DNA from: Kondoa subrosea
Taxonomy: Eukaryota
DNA length: 64,000 nt
Direction: 5' to 3'
Assembly (NCBI GenBank): GCA_039545335.1
Contig: BCIN01000008.1
Span: 755,528 to 819,527 of the forward strand
The translations under genes and the position numbers were made by a program. This document shows positions 25,202 to 37,591 of this stretch, piece by piece (position 1 is the first letter of the stretch; the number at the start of each line of letters is the position of its first letter). The notes under the pieces are model-generated. The model saw nothing but the letters and a program-made list of their open reading frames with translations, did not search any database and was not told where the DNA came from.

Positions 25202-26124
25202 CTATGACTGGGCTATCCGCTTCTGGTATGCTTGCCATCCCGCTGTTTGGTATCTCTTTGCTTCTTTGATCATTTGATCCGTATCATCTCCTTTTCCATA
25301 TATCCCTCTCCCAACAATGATCACATCACAACCGCTTTCTCTGATGACTTGATCTGGTGTCCTGTACACTTGACCAATCCCATCTCCCGTACTGTCTAAC
25401 CCAACTCCAGGTGTCAAGATCAAGAAATCTTCTTCCCCTGCTCTCTCTTCATGTACTTTCTTCATGGCAATGAAACCAATCACAAAGTCTTTATGTCTCT
25501 TTGCCATTTCAACTGTTGCTTTTGTGTAATCACCCGAAGCCAAATTTCCACTACTACTCATTTCCGCCAAGAGCAAACAACCTCTATTGAGTGGTAGACC
25601 GATTGAAGATAAACCAGAAACGATTCCATCACCTGGAATAGCGTGTGCGTTTGTAATATGAGCCCAGGAAGCGATTTTATAAATTCCTGATCCATATTGT
25701 AATTTCACTGTATTGCCTATTTATATATGCAGTCAAAGCAATTAGGACAGAGGAAGAGAGATGAGAAAGAAAGCGTACCTATATCTGCAAATTTCCGATC
25801 TTCGAAAATTAAGAAATTGTGCTGTGCTGCTAAAGATGTTAATTGAGTTATAAGATCTTGATCGAAATCTTCAATAATATCAATATGAGTCTGCGCATGA
25901 GTCGTAAGTGAAATCTTGCAAGGAACGAAAACAGCGATGCTTACTTTGATCAAACAGACATAAGGTCCAACAGCGTCGACCACTTTCAGGAAAGCTTCTT
26001 TAGTTGAGATATCCACTGAAACGCAAAGATTGGATTTCTTGGATGCGATGATGGAGCATAGCTGGCGAGCTATAGCGCTGGAAAGGCTCGAAGAACGAGA
26101 TTCGTATGTTTGAGTCGACTTCAT
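25202..26124 (-). CDS. URA3: Orotidine-5'-phosphate decarboxylase
   Basis: 'SNLCVSVD', 'KTHID', '[11 protein letters not shown]', 'LLLAEMSS', 'ILTPGVGL', 'DVIIVGRGI'. Confidence 0.97.
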
Positions 26125-26471
26125 GCTCAGGAAAGAGGGAAAGAATGGATAAGGGCAGGCCAGGGAAGAGCACAGTCAAGGAATGAGGCCGACAGGCAGT
26201 GATTTGGTACAACGTAGGCGATGGAGCAAGTCAAAGAAAAGAAAGACAAATCAATGTCAAGAAGGAGCAATCCGAAGCGGCTGTGACTATGTAACACTAC
26301 GGAACCTACGCCTGCTGAAGACAAGTCCAAGACAAGTCCACTCAGACTTAGCAAGCGTCTAGAAGTCCCAAGCTGGCGTACAGACATCTGCCGCCTTCGG
26401 CCGGAACTGCATGACAACGCGTTCGCTGTTTGTCGCTTCTTGCTCTTGCAACAGAGCAGTACTACTACACA

Positions 26472-27509
26472 ATGTCTTTCAATCGCTCTTCCATCAACTT
26501 GCGTGAATCTTCAATCCTTCCAGTCTTGGAGACCAATGAGCGTGTCACCGGTTATGCTGGTCTAGAGATGTTACTCTCTTCTACTCTCCCTTCTTCTACT
26601 GCAAAGGACTTGAGAATTTTGGATAATGCGTCTGGAGCTGGAATTCTCCCTTCTCTCATTCTACAATTGCAAAAAGCTCAGGCTATCAAAGGAGAAGTCA
26701 ACATGGTAGCTGCCGATAAAGACCCGATGTACATCTCACAATTGGAAGCGAGGAAGAAGGCGAACGCTGAGGAATGGAAGAAAGTCGAAATCAAGCAATT
26801 TGACATGCAAGTAAGCAGTCTTCCATCTCTTCTTGTGAAAGTGACACTGATGTTTGTATAGACACCACCTTTCGAAGATAATGTATTCGACTATGTCTTT
26901 GCTAATATGGGTATCTTCTTCTGTCCTGATGATATTGGAGCTATGAAAGGTTTGCTCTCTTTTCCTTGATGATATTGCATATGTCTCACTGTTGTCTTTT
27001 CCATACAGAAACGCTTCGAATCCTCAAGTCAGGGGGACAAGCTGGTTTCACTTCGTGGGCTCAGATCTCGTGGTGTAAGTCTCCCTTTTTGCTTTCTGCC
27101 TTATACTATCTGACTAAGGATTTGGATGAAAGATTCTATGGCTGTCGCTGCTCTATCAGAAGCTCATCCAACTGCACCACAACTTCCAGAAGTCGCTAAA
27201 CTATTTCCGGGCGGATACAACGACCCATCTCTAATTCAAACCAAATTAGAGAAAGCAGGTTTCAAAGAAATCGATATTCATCAATATGAATTCGCTCCTC
27301 TTATTGAAGCTGAACCATTCGCTGAAGCTACAGCTGGTTTAGTCAATATTGCAATGAAACGATTCTGGAAATCAGAGGAGATTGAAGAGTTTGGTGGACC
27401 AAAAGTGAAAAATGTTCTTTTGGATTATTTGAACAAGACTTATGAGAATGGAGTTTGGGATGGGAAGATGAAGTGTATTGTCAGTTTGGGCAAGAAGGGA
27501 AAGGATTAG
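26472..27509 (+). CDS. Class I SAM-dependent methyltransferase
   Basis: 'LRILDNASGAG' motif I, 'VAAD', 'FDYVFAN', 'LRILKSGG'. Confidence 0.85.
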
Positions 27510-27769
27510 CAGTAGCGCACTAGTCAGGACAATATAGCTCTGAAGTCGTTCAATTCACTTCCATTACAAGTTTGCATTCAAATCTATCTTCACTATTCCC
27601 ATACATACTACATACGTTCAATCTCTTGCGCATATCAAAGCCATCACCCTTCAAACCCATCATACGCATGATTCGCATCAAAATAAGGTAAAGCACTCTT
27701 AGAGGACCATCCGCTGACGAGACAGTCATAGATCCAACTAGCCAGAAACAAGCAAAAACAGAGGGGAAG

Positions 27770-27947
27770 AAGCCTTTCCTGAGACGCTCTTTTTGACCGG
27801 CCAGCACATTGATTGTGTAGAATGCGACCGAAGGCATTCTCGAAGGAAAGCTTCAAACAAGGCCAATGAAGTAGCTAAGTAGGAGCTCGAGGCACAAACC
27901 CATTCGGCCCATAGACAAATGTGCGGGCGACTACGATCGTACTTAGC
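27770..27947 (-). ncRNA. Conserved structured element, copy E, in a putative 266-nt intron (27714-27979) of a short or non-coding transcript
   Basis: Minus strand: perfect GCTAAGTA/TACTTAGC stem, CATTTG..TATGG..CGAATG hairpin, AGAATGC-CTTCGGTC-GCATTCT, ATTGGCC/GGCCGGT; closely similar to copy D. Confidence 0.7.
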
Positions 27948-28439
27948 AGAATGTAGGCGAAGAAGAGCGAGAGTCGTACACTGCATGTAGCAGCCACGAC
28001 AAGCGCGAAGCAAGAGCTCGAGTGACGAGTCTTGGAGGAAAGAAGAGAAGGCGCAAAGGGGTCCGATTTCAGGAACGAGGATTGTGAGCTTGTAAGCTAG
28101 CAGCTGATTCTCGAATGCGGAAGACAATAAGCAAAGGGTTGGGCTATAAACGAAGCGAAGCCTTGACAGACCCATTCCAGAAGAAGACATGTATGAGAGA
28201 TGGAATGCATGTGTGTGTAGACAGAAAACGAGATGAGACTTGAGGAGTGAGTGCTTATTGATCTGTAAACACCGTCAGTACCTTCTAATACCAGACGTAC
28301 TGCAAACCTTTTTTGAGGTCCGCCGAACCCTATGATAGTCAGGCAAAATGTCAACAATGATAGTGCTCATGGTCACTTTGCGAGCTCACCTGACGTTGAA
28401 CGCCCCAGCCATGCGCGTACTGCGAATGAAAGCCTTAGT

Positions 28440-29371
28440 CTACGAGTATGACCAAGCAAAATATAACTGACGACAAGATGACCTATATAGAAAGGTGAGC
28501 TTCTCATGCGCGAAAGTGAAATCAAGACTGACCACCTAAGTAAGCTCCGTACATTGATGCACCTAATGCAGCTACACTGATCCATAGATTTCTTGTAGGC
28601 AGTGTAAGCGAAGTGACAGCCTGATGTCTGGTGTACCAATTGTAGGCCGCGCCAATAACTGGTAAGATTCAGCTAAGCAGCAAATAGACAGGTAACTCTA
28701 GGACTCACTAGCGATATCATTGAGCGTTGCATGATGTAAGGTAGTCTGCAGCATCTCTTCTTCGCCTTTGATGTAATCTTGAGCTACGCCTTTGTTGCCT
28801 TTGCGAACAGCTGATCGACGATACATTTCATCTGGGGGCGTCTGTCAGCATAGGAAGTAGAGTAAGAGAGCATAATATCTGACTCACAGAGCTCAGCTAC
28901 GCCAGTGATAACGGCTGGAATGGCAAAAAGAACACCGCCTGCGGTCGAGTAGTGAGCGAGACTTTGGCGCCAGAATCAGGCTAAACTCTGGCGATAGGAT
29001 AACGACATACATGTTAGTCGCAGAAGTTGAAATGATAGCAGTCAAAGCTTTTGCGGAAACCTTTCGCCTGAATAACTCGAGACCATCCAGAGCGAATCCA
29101 GTGGTGAGTAAAGCGACAGGCCAACTAAATGCTTGGATGAGTACGTATAATGTTCTGGATTGAGAGGCACCTACTGTACCATTGATGGATGCAACGGGTG
29201 AGAATCTGGCATAAACACGCATCAGCTAAGCATTTGATGTTGATTGCGTAAGCGTTTTGTTGGGAACTGACTGCTTCCAACTTTGCCTTGACCAAGCATT
29301 GCTGCTTGATGCACGTACTCTTCTAGTCCTTTGGCTTTGTTCATCGCTTGGTCTTTCGTTTGAGGATCCAT
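28440..29371 (-). CDS. Hypothetical small multi-exon protein with hydrophobic segment
   Basis: ATG 29371 (MDPQTKDQAMNKAKGLEEYVHQAAMLGQGK), ORF 28893-29222 and splice signals; no family recognised, 3' end uncertain. Confidence 0.4.
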
Positions 29372-29762
29372 CTGAATTGACCTGAATCAGCCTCTGTTCT
29401 GTCTGTCTGCCACTTAGCTGCTATTCACAGTGACTCACTGTTGATTGAAGAATGTTTTGAGAGAGATCGTAGTGTCTTATCAAAGCATTATCGATTTCAC
29501 GGCATCATCGAATTTTGCGAAATCGCACTCTACCGCGTCTGACCCGTGTCGCGTGGTCTTCATACTTATGTCAGCGCATTCAAGCTGAAGTTAACGAGAG
29601 TTATAAAGCGTTAGTGAAAGTTATGACAAGAGTCGGAGAAAGTACGCACGAAGACCAGAGAAGAAGGACAGAAGCGCGAGAAGTATAAGCCAATACGAAG
29701 AGTTCAGGGGTGAACGTTACTAATTTACAACCTAATGCTTAATTTCCATTCACCTCATCATA

Positions 29763-31463
29763 TCACCCGCTATCCTTCTTTATATCCTCCATGACCGAAC
29801 TCGGTCCTGTACTGAATACACTTGCACTAGAAACAGAGGGTCTTCTCGTACTTGCCGTCGTACTTGGAGTAGGACTAGAAGAATTCGTTTGACTTCTTCC
29901 ACTACTACCGAAATAAGATCCAGGACCACCAGAAGAAGAAGGAGGGGAGAAGAGAGGTGGAGTTGCACCAGAAGTAGAGGGTGTAGGTGCGGGAGAACCA
30001 GCTGCTGATTCTCTTAAAAGATATTCGACGAATAGGTTAGAAAAAGATTCGTTTTCCCCTAAAAGATCTTCTTCTTTCGTTAAAGTTTTAGCTGTTCGAT
30101 TTCGAACATGTCCCTTTCTGTTACCGGGTGAATCAGGTTTGGGAGATTTTGAAGAAGAAGCTGTAGAGGAAGAAGAAGATCGTTGGAGACCAGCTTTTTC
30201 CCGATCGTCATCTGACCAGGATAAGACTGAAGCGAGAAGTTGAAGCATTTGAAACCGTTTGGCATCGGCTCGAGGTGTTGTGAGAAAAGAGAGAAGAACA
30301 TTAGTGACTAGTCGTCGGTCGACATTATTATCTGAGGAGTCTTTGCGTAGCCGCCGTAGAGCTTCTGTAAGGTGTTCGTTGAGTATCACAGCTGTCGAGT
30401 TCAAGCGAAAATGCAATCAGTCCAAGACTGAAGGGATATTCAGCAGAACTGACCTTCATGCCGCAGCTTCCCTATAAGCAGATTCTTTTCTTTTACATCT
30501 TGCCGTAACGCTGAAGTTTGAGCTGTTTCATCATTCACCTGCGTTAATTTGCCCTTCACGTTCATTGAGCGATGTTCGAGGCATAAGAATGACAGGCTTA
30601 CTTCTGCTGATATCGCTCTCTGCTTATAGTCTGACATCATTCTAGTAGCACTTTGTAATTCCAGCCTGAGATCGCTAGTCAAGCTTTCGATTTCCTCTTC
30701 TTTTGATGTCTGGAAGTCATGCAACACAGTTGACAGATTCTGCGCGCTCTCCTTCTCTCTATCTCTTTCTTGAAGTAATCGATCTCGTTCTTGCTGTATT
30801 TGATTCGCTTCTCGTGTTAAGACATCCAAAGTAGCTTCCAATTCTTCTCTATTCAAACGTTCTCTTCCAGCTTCATTCTCCCATTGTTCGACTTGCATTC
30901 TTAGCTCCTCAACTTCTTGCTGTACTTCCCTGAGCGCGTCTTCTGATTCGTTTGAAGACTCGGAAACACGAGATTTGAATTCGCTAAGTTCTTCAGATAG
31001 CGAGCTTGATTCTTCGTTTGCTGCTACTAGTTCTGATCGGAGTGTTTCTGAGGTGTATGTAAGATCGGCATTCGTTTGACGAAGTTCAGCTATTTCAGAA
31101 GCTCTTCTATCCAATTCATCCTGCGCCAATCACACACATTTCAACATATTGTCTCAAGGAAATAGCCGAGAGAGAGAGAGAAGAATGGAAGAGACGTACA
31201 GCATCTTGCCTTAATTTATCACCTAATGTATTCCGCATAGTTGTCAATTTCCCTAATAGTGCTCTATACTGGGATTCGAGATGTTCCTTCTCTCCCTTGA
31301 TTTGTTCCAGTTCATCCTGAAGCTGTCGTTTGCTTTCATCCTCATCACCATTCTGTCCGTCCAGAACCAAGGAGGCCGTTGCTTCAACTAATGGAGAGTC
31401 TGTGTTGCTTTTGGGCGAATCAGCTGTCCCGGAAGAAGCGGGTGTCTCGTCCATTGAGGACAT
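29763..31463 (-). CDS. Golgin with coiled coil and GRAB domain (Rud3/GMAP-210-like)
   Basis: Long heptad coiled coil followed by 'NVDRRLVTNVLLSFLTTPRADAKRFQMLQLLASVLSWSDDDREKAGL' and 'ESFSNLFVEYLLRE'. Confidence 0.88.
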
Positions 31464-32764
31464 GAGGAATAATCCAGAGGTCTGAAGATAGGTATAAAGA
31501 GACTCAGGTATGCACTCGACGTGGCTGCAGTGGAACAACAAGTTTGGCGTTGGAGACTTAGAGTTCATCTCGAACGAGCACTGTCCATGTGATTTGCTTC
31601 GTAATCTCTCGCGTCTGCCAGTCTTGACGCGCACGTAGCCCGAAAGAACAAGAGCCTGCTTGCCTCGTAATGGATCCACACTGCAAATCGCAGAACCCTT
31701 TGTGCTACTTCTTGTCTAGCTACTGCTAGTGCCAGCCTTGGCCCTTGAATCTTTTCTATGTGATCATCTCTATATATGGCTCGAGTATTGAAGAAGTCAT
31801 TTGATAGCTCAACGACCAGGACAAATATGCGTGCAGTGGAAAAGAAGCTAGAAGGAGGAGAGGTAGTTCACACTCCTGAGAAGATTCCTCAACCAGTCAT
31901 TAAGCAACTTCCTTTGCACGTCTACGCTGCCCATTTCAAAGCTTCATTGATGATTCTGACTGTTTTCGACTTTCTTCCCTGCGTTGTGACTTGTCCAGAT
32001 TGGCCTGGAACGGAGTTCTACTAAGAGCGTCAAGAATACAATGAAGCCATAAAGATTCATACTCCTCAAGTTTTTCCCCGATTGAATCATTCTTTTGTGA
32101 TTATCAATCCATACAACCTACATCTGTAATCTTAGCGGGGGAAATGATCATGAAACAGGTTTAATTGGGTCAATGGGGCTTCGTCAAAGTGAATGAGCAA
32201 GCCGAACCAGAAGACCTCGAATGATAGTTCCCGAACAAGACATGCGAGAAGAGCCAAATTAGGCGTCAAGAGGCGATTAGGTGAAGAGATTGGATAGTGA
32301 TTTGCATGCATTTCTCCAGCGCGGGGATTCAGTTAAGCTTCTTCACAGGGCCTAGAATCGTAATGAGATAGAGTTGCATAATATCATGAAATCGCAATTT
32401 TCTTATTCTACAACTGCCGCCAATCGAGGCAAACACGTCACATCTACATAGCATACGCCAACGCACGACTGCACGCAGCAACAACAGCCAACTTTCGCTC
32501 ATTCTCGCTGAACACCCCTTTGTTTTGATTACGATCATTTTCTTCTCCTAGCTCAGGCTTCCAGAGCATACCCTGCCGAATCTACAGCACCTTCACAAAT
32601 CAGCCGCTAGACCGAGCGACACGCGCAAGACTTCCATTCAACGTGCTCTTGGACGCCAAAATTCGCTTGCTCTGTTCTTTTGTCCCTTTCGACCGCCTTC
32701 TTTTGAACTCAGGGAGTATGCAAAGCACTTCAAGTAAAAGAGGCTACATTATACATTCGACCTC

Positions 32765-35700
32765 ATGACGGAATTTTTGCCAGCTCCTATTGAAAACCCC
32801 TTGTCTGCTGCTAGCTTCGCTTCAACGCCGAGATCCAGACCAGTTTCGCTGCTGCAAGAGGAAGCAAATGTACCTCGAAGCTTTCCTCTGAACGTACAGA
32901 CTGTCTATGAAGCGGACCAAAGACCTTTGACGGAAGCGATAAGCTGTCAACCAGAAGAAAGGGCTGAAATACAGTCCTCTTTGGCTCATTACTCTCTCGC
33001 AACTCCGAACGAATCAACAGGATGGACTCTAGCGAGCGCTACAGCAGCCGGAAGGGCATCAAAGAGGAATTCTATACTCATCAGCGAACAAATACCAACT
33101 TCGCCTAAATCTCAACCTGTTACGCCTGTACTTCCGCTATCGGAGGACGATCCTTTCGATCTCACAGCTAGTCAAATATTGGCATCGGAAGCAACGGCTC
33201 ACTCGAGATCTTGGTCGGATCCAACGATGCTCGTTACAACAATTGAAGATAAAAAGATGGCGGATCAAGAGGTGCAAAGGGATATGAAATGGGAAGAAGA
33301 ATCTGAAATTGAGATGGAGTATGATTTTGAGAAGGAATTCAAAGCTCTTGGTCTGGGTCAGTGGATGCGCTGAAATCCCCATTTGAATTTCCAAGCTGAT
33401 GTAGTGTGATTAGAATTGCATCCTGCAGAACGAACCTCATCTCCTCGACCAATAGCTAATCAAATATCTTCTTCATCGCTGAATGAAGCCCACAATATAA
33501 ATCAGCTCAAGGCATCTCTGCAACAACTATCGATGTCAACCCTGACTACGCCTCCTAGACCACCTTCTCGCACGTCAAGCATTGCTAGCAATGTCAGCAG
33601 AAGATCTTCTCATACTTCGACAACCACTTACGAGAAGAAACGACGTCCATCAACATCTAGTCACGGACGAAGAGGTTCAATAGTATCAATAGCCGGATTC
33701 TCAGATCTTGGCTCGCAAGCTCTTTCTGTCTTGACGCCTGCGATCTCAAATACATCGGTGTCGGTCAAGATAGAATCCAAACCTGAAGAAGACCTTCTAG
33801 CGGACGAATATGATCTACCGCCAACCCTGGTCGCACCACTTCAACCTACACCCTCACCTGAACGCAAGCATCCGCGGGGTCGATCAATGACCTTGCAATT
33901 ACCTCAGCAGCATCGACCTGTACCTTTCCAATTTCCTTCTCATCCTGGAACTCCGACAGATCCAGATGTCTTTCTATCTTCTTCCACTATGTCTCGCACA
34001 GGCACAAACAACAGTTCATACCTAGAAGCAGAAGAAGCAGACCAGAACCCGCTCTATGTCGTTCTCTCTACTTCGAAAAGAACTAAAGAAGCTTGGCATC
34101 GAGCTGGATTGGTTCTTGTACCTAATCGAGATACTCTACCAAGTGAAGAAGTCTTGCGAGAGGAGAGCGATTTTGTTTCTTCTCATGCTTTTGAAGCTGT
34201 TGGACCTGAATGGGTTTCTTTAGGCGAAGATGGGTTGCATTTGAGAATAAGTGATGGGATCGCTACTTTGTTGGAGAAAGGCAGAAGAGCGGTCTCTGCT
34301 CCTACACCTCGAATCAATAGACCACCTATTGGAAGAGGTGGAAGTGATATACCTTTTCCTAGTACGGCCGAAGAGGAGGATGAAGATCAAGTTTTGCTTC
34401 CCTATGCTGGAAATAGAGAATTGAAGATTGTTAGCGAAACAATGGTCTATCGTCGATCTAACAAACCTCAACCACCTACTCTATCCGCTGCTTCATCTCA
34501 TAATGAATTAGCTCAAGAGTACAAAACCGTCAAGTCGAAATCTAGTTTCAGCAAACTAAGACCAAGCAAATGGTTCCGCACTCCTTCCTTTTCGCTGAGT
34601 CGGACCAGTTCTTCCAATTTGGCTGCTGAACTCAAGAACCAGCCTGCTCCGGTTGCTAAAGAACCAGCTTTGGAGCGATTACGAGTACTCAGTGTCGATG
34701 CACCTGTTCGACCTTGGAAGCAAGCTATACCTGCTGGTCGCTTACAATTGGATATGAAAGTGGAAATACCTCAACGCAGAGATATTATTGAGTAGGCTTT
34801 GCCTCTTTCACTCTAGCGGGTTGAGCTAATATTCTCGAAATCAGGGATCTTCGTTTTTTTCTGGATCCACCTGTTGCTCCTTCGGATCGACATGCTTTTT
34901 CGACTGCGTTGCGAGAGATTGCTATACTCACGCATCGGTTTGCGAGTAGTTTTGTTTATGTCAAGGGATATGAGCTTTATACCGCTCAAGTAGGTCTTCC
35001 ATGCCACTTGAAGAAGGGTTTGACTGATGAAGATTTCTAGCGAATACGCCGGGGGATCTTGGACAAGATATATACCGACCTTGAACCTTACTTAGAATCG
35101 GATCCTAAGCTGTTTCAATTGATTGAAAAGTAGGTCTGCTTCTCATTTTTTGGTCAGTCAGCTGATGAGTAGCCGCGCAGTGTCGTCATGGGATTCTTAC
35201 ATGCGAAAATTTACGCCGTTTCTCTCCTACCGCTGTTCGTCACGGAAAACCAGCGCTTGAACATTATAATTGCTACATACAATGAACGGGGATTGGACTT
35301 ACATTCTTTTGGCGTCCGCTTGCTTGGTCACATCGATTTTCCCACAGCTGTCGCATTGATCAGACAACTTTCCGGTTCAAACGAAGACGAAATATCAGCA
35401 TCACTCGATCATGCTTCCCTGCAGCAGCTGCATCAACTCACTCACACATTACCAGTCGCGGGCGAGGGAACCGTCTCTGCACTTCTTGATGCCCGCACTC
35501 CTTTCGATTGTATTACTTTAATTCGCTTGGCTATCGATTGTCTGGTCAATCAAATTCCCGAAGAAGGACAAGAACATCGAATGGAGAATATCAGTACAGA
35601 CGATTTGATACCGCTGCTTGCTTATACAATAGTGGCAGCAGGCGCCCTCGACCTTGAGTCAATGCTTTTTTATATCCATAACTTCACACAAAATGCCCTA

Positions 35701-37404
35701 GGTCCAGAATATCAGTATGTTATATGCTTCATCTTACGTATAGTATTGGTAAAAGTGAAATCCTTAGATGGTCTCTGGCAACATTTCAAGCAGCAATTTC
35801 GTATCTACGCAGCGACCCTTTCTCAGCTCTTTCGGTAGCACAGGAGCAAGCCTTCAGTCCGACGCCTCCGTTGACAGCAACAACTGGACCCAGGCGCCCA
35901 AGTCCCGTTGTACGGAGACACACAGAAGATGGCAGTAGATCTCCTGAACAACGCTTGTCTGTTCGATGGGCTGCAAGCACCTCTCCGACGCTGACCAGGA
36001 ATAACTCTTTCGCTTCCTCTACCGAAGATGACCCAGCTTTGGCTACTGCTCGCCCATTCTCCCTCTCTACTACAGCATTAGATAGTCTGGGCCGAGAGCG
36101 TAAGGCCAGTCTACACGCCCGACGGTTACTCAATCAGCAGCATGTGCCTCGCTCATTGGACGATCCACAACACTCCCTGCACATCAGATCTCGTCATCGC
36201 TCAGATACCAGTCAACGCTCTGCCAACAGTGCCAAATCGGAAAGCGAAGAAATGCCACCGCCAAACTTACCAATCCGTCGATCGAATGAAGACCCTGATT
36301 ATCGCAAGATTCGTAACCGGATGAGTCTTGACAGTTCTTCTTATTCGCGGTTGAATACTGGCCGCAAGAGTTTTGAGTCCGAAACGTCGGCTTCTCATGA
36401 GAGCGACATGTCGCAACCCTCAAGATCACCAGAGATCTCTATTCGGCCCCAAATCTACCTTCGAGCGAGTCATCATGGCCGAAATCCTCATCGCTCTTTC
36501 CATACATCGGAAGACTTCAGTCAACAACGAAGATCCAGCATGGATGAGTTGGGTGCAATAGTCATGCATCGAACGTCTTCAAGCATATCATCTCGACAAC
36601 TTGGATCATCAGTCAATTCTTCGTCTGATATGAGACGTTCTGAAAGCGAAAGCAACAGCGGCAAGCGCCTATCCATGGACTCGTGGACATCTCTTTTCGC
36701 TAGAACACCTTCTTCTGACGATTCTTTCACTCGTTCAAGTTCGCCTTCGAGCAATAATCATGCTTTGACTCTTGAACGCACAACTTCTGTCTCTAGTGCT
36801 CACCAAGGTGAGAGTTGGTGGGACAGATCGAGACGAAGACTTTCAAGCGTGACTGTCAGTAGAAAAGGACCTTTCCCTTTAGATATTTGACCTGACCTGT
36901 CTTAATTAGTCTCAAGAATCGATGTTTGGATCGCAAGAATCGTCGTGTCCTCCTGAAGCGGCTAACGGAAGAACTCGCAAGAATTCAGATGCTGCTCAAG
37001 TCATATTGACCCAAGCTCGACAGCCAAGCATCTCAGCAGATATTAGTCCAGTCATCAGTACAGCTGGCTCGAGTCGTCTATCTCAGCCCAGAGCAAGACC
37101 GCTGTCCCTCATGTCTATATCCAGTATCTCTTCTCAAGGCTCGGACGAAGGTAGCTCCGGATCTAATGCTACTTCAACATCTCCAACAATACACCGAGCG
37201 AGGCGACGGCATCGTAGCAATCGTCTCAGAAGAGATCTACTTCTCAACGCCGGAGCAGCAGCCATACCTACTACCAGCGTATCCTACTCTTCCTCCACTT
37301 TCTTTCCCTCTTCTTCTTTTTTGCCCTCGCACCAACCTATATCCCCCATAAGAGAAGGCTTTCCATCTTCGCCTAGTCTCAACATAGAAGCACCTTCAAC
37401 CTAA
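32765..37404 (+). CDS. Large Ser-rich protein with VPS9 (Rab5 GEF) domain
   Basis: 'ISTDDLIPLLAYTIV..LESMLFYIHNF..LGPEYQ|WSLATFQAAISYL' VPS9 signature; long in-phase ORFs separated by short introns. Confidence 0.8.
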
Positions 37405-37591
37405 TCTATCACGCTTCACATGCTGTACCATCATTGTCGTTTGTACATTGGGATTCGTAGCATCAGCACAGGTTATTTATCGTCGTTTCCGTACGGACAT
37501 TGTATGAGTTTGGGGTTTAGTAGATATATCCTTTGCATAGTACAACAAGCCTGGATCATATTGAATGAGATTGCATGTAAACCGTCCTTGA

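Noticed and set aside
27738..28190. ORF 27738-28190 and ORFs 17252-17590/17497-17736 as a conserved protein explaining the repeated element
   Set aside because: Copies differ by frame-breaking indels and stops, lie between splice signals, and their substitutions preserve base pairing rather than codons.
31776..32130. Small ORF between the golgin and VPS9 genes
   Set aside because: No recognisable homology; the gene model cannot be supported.
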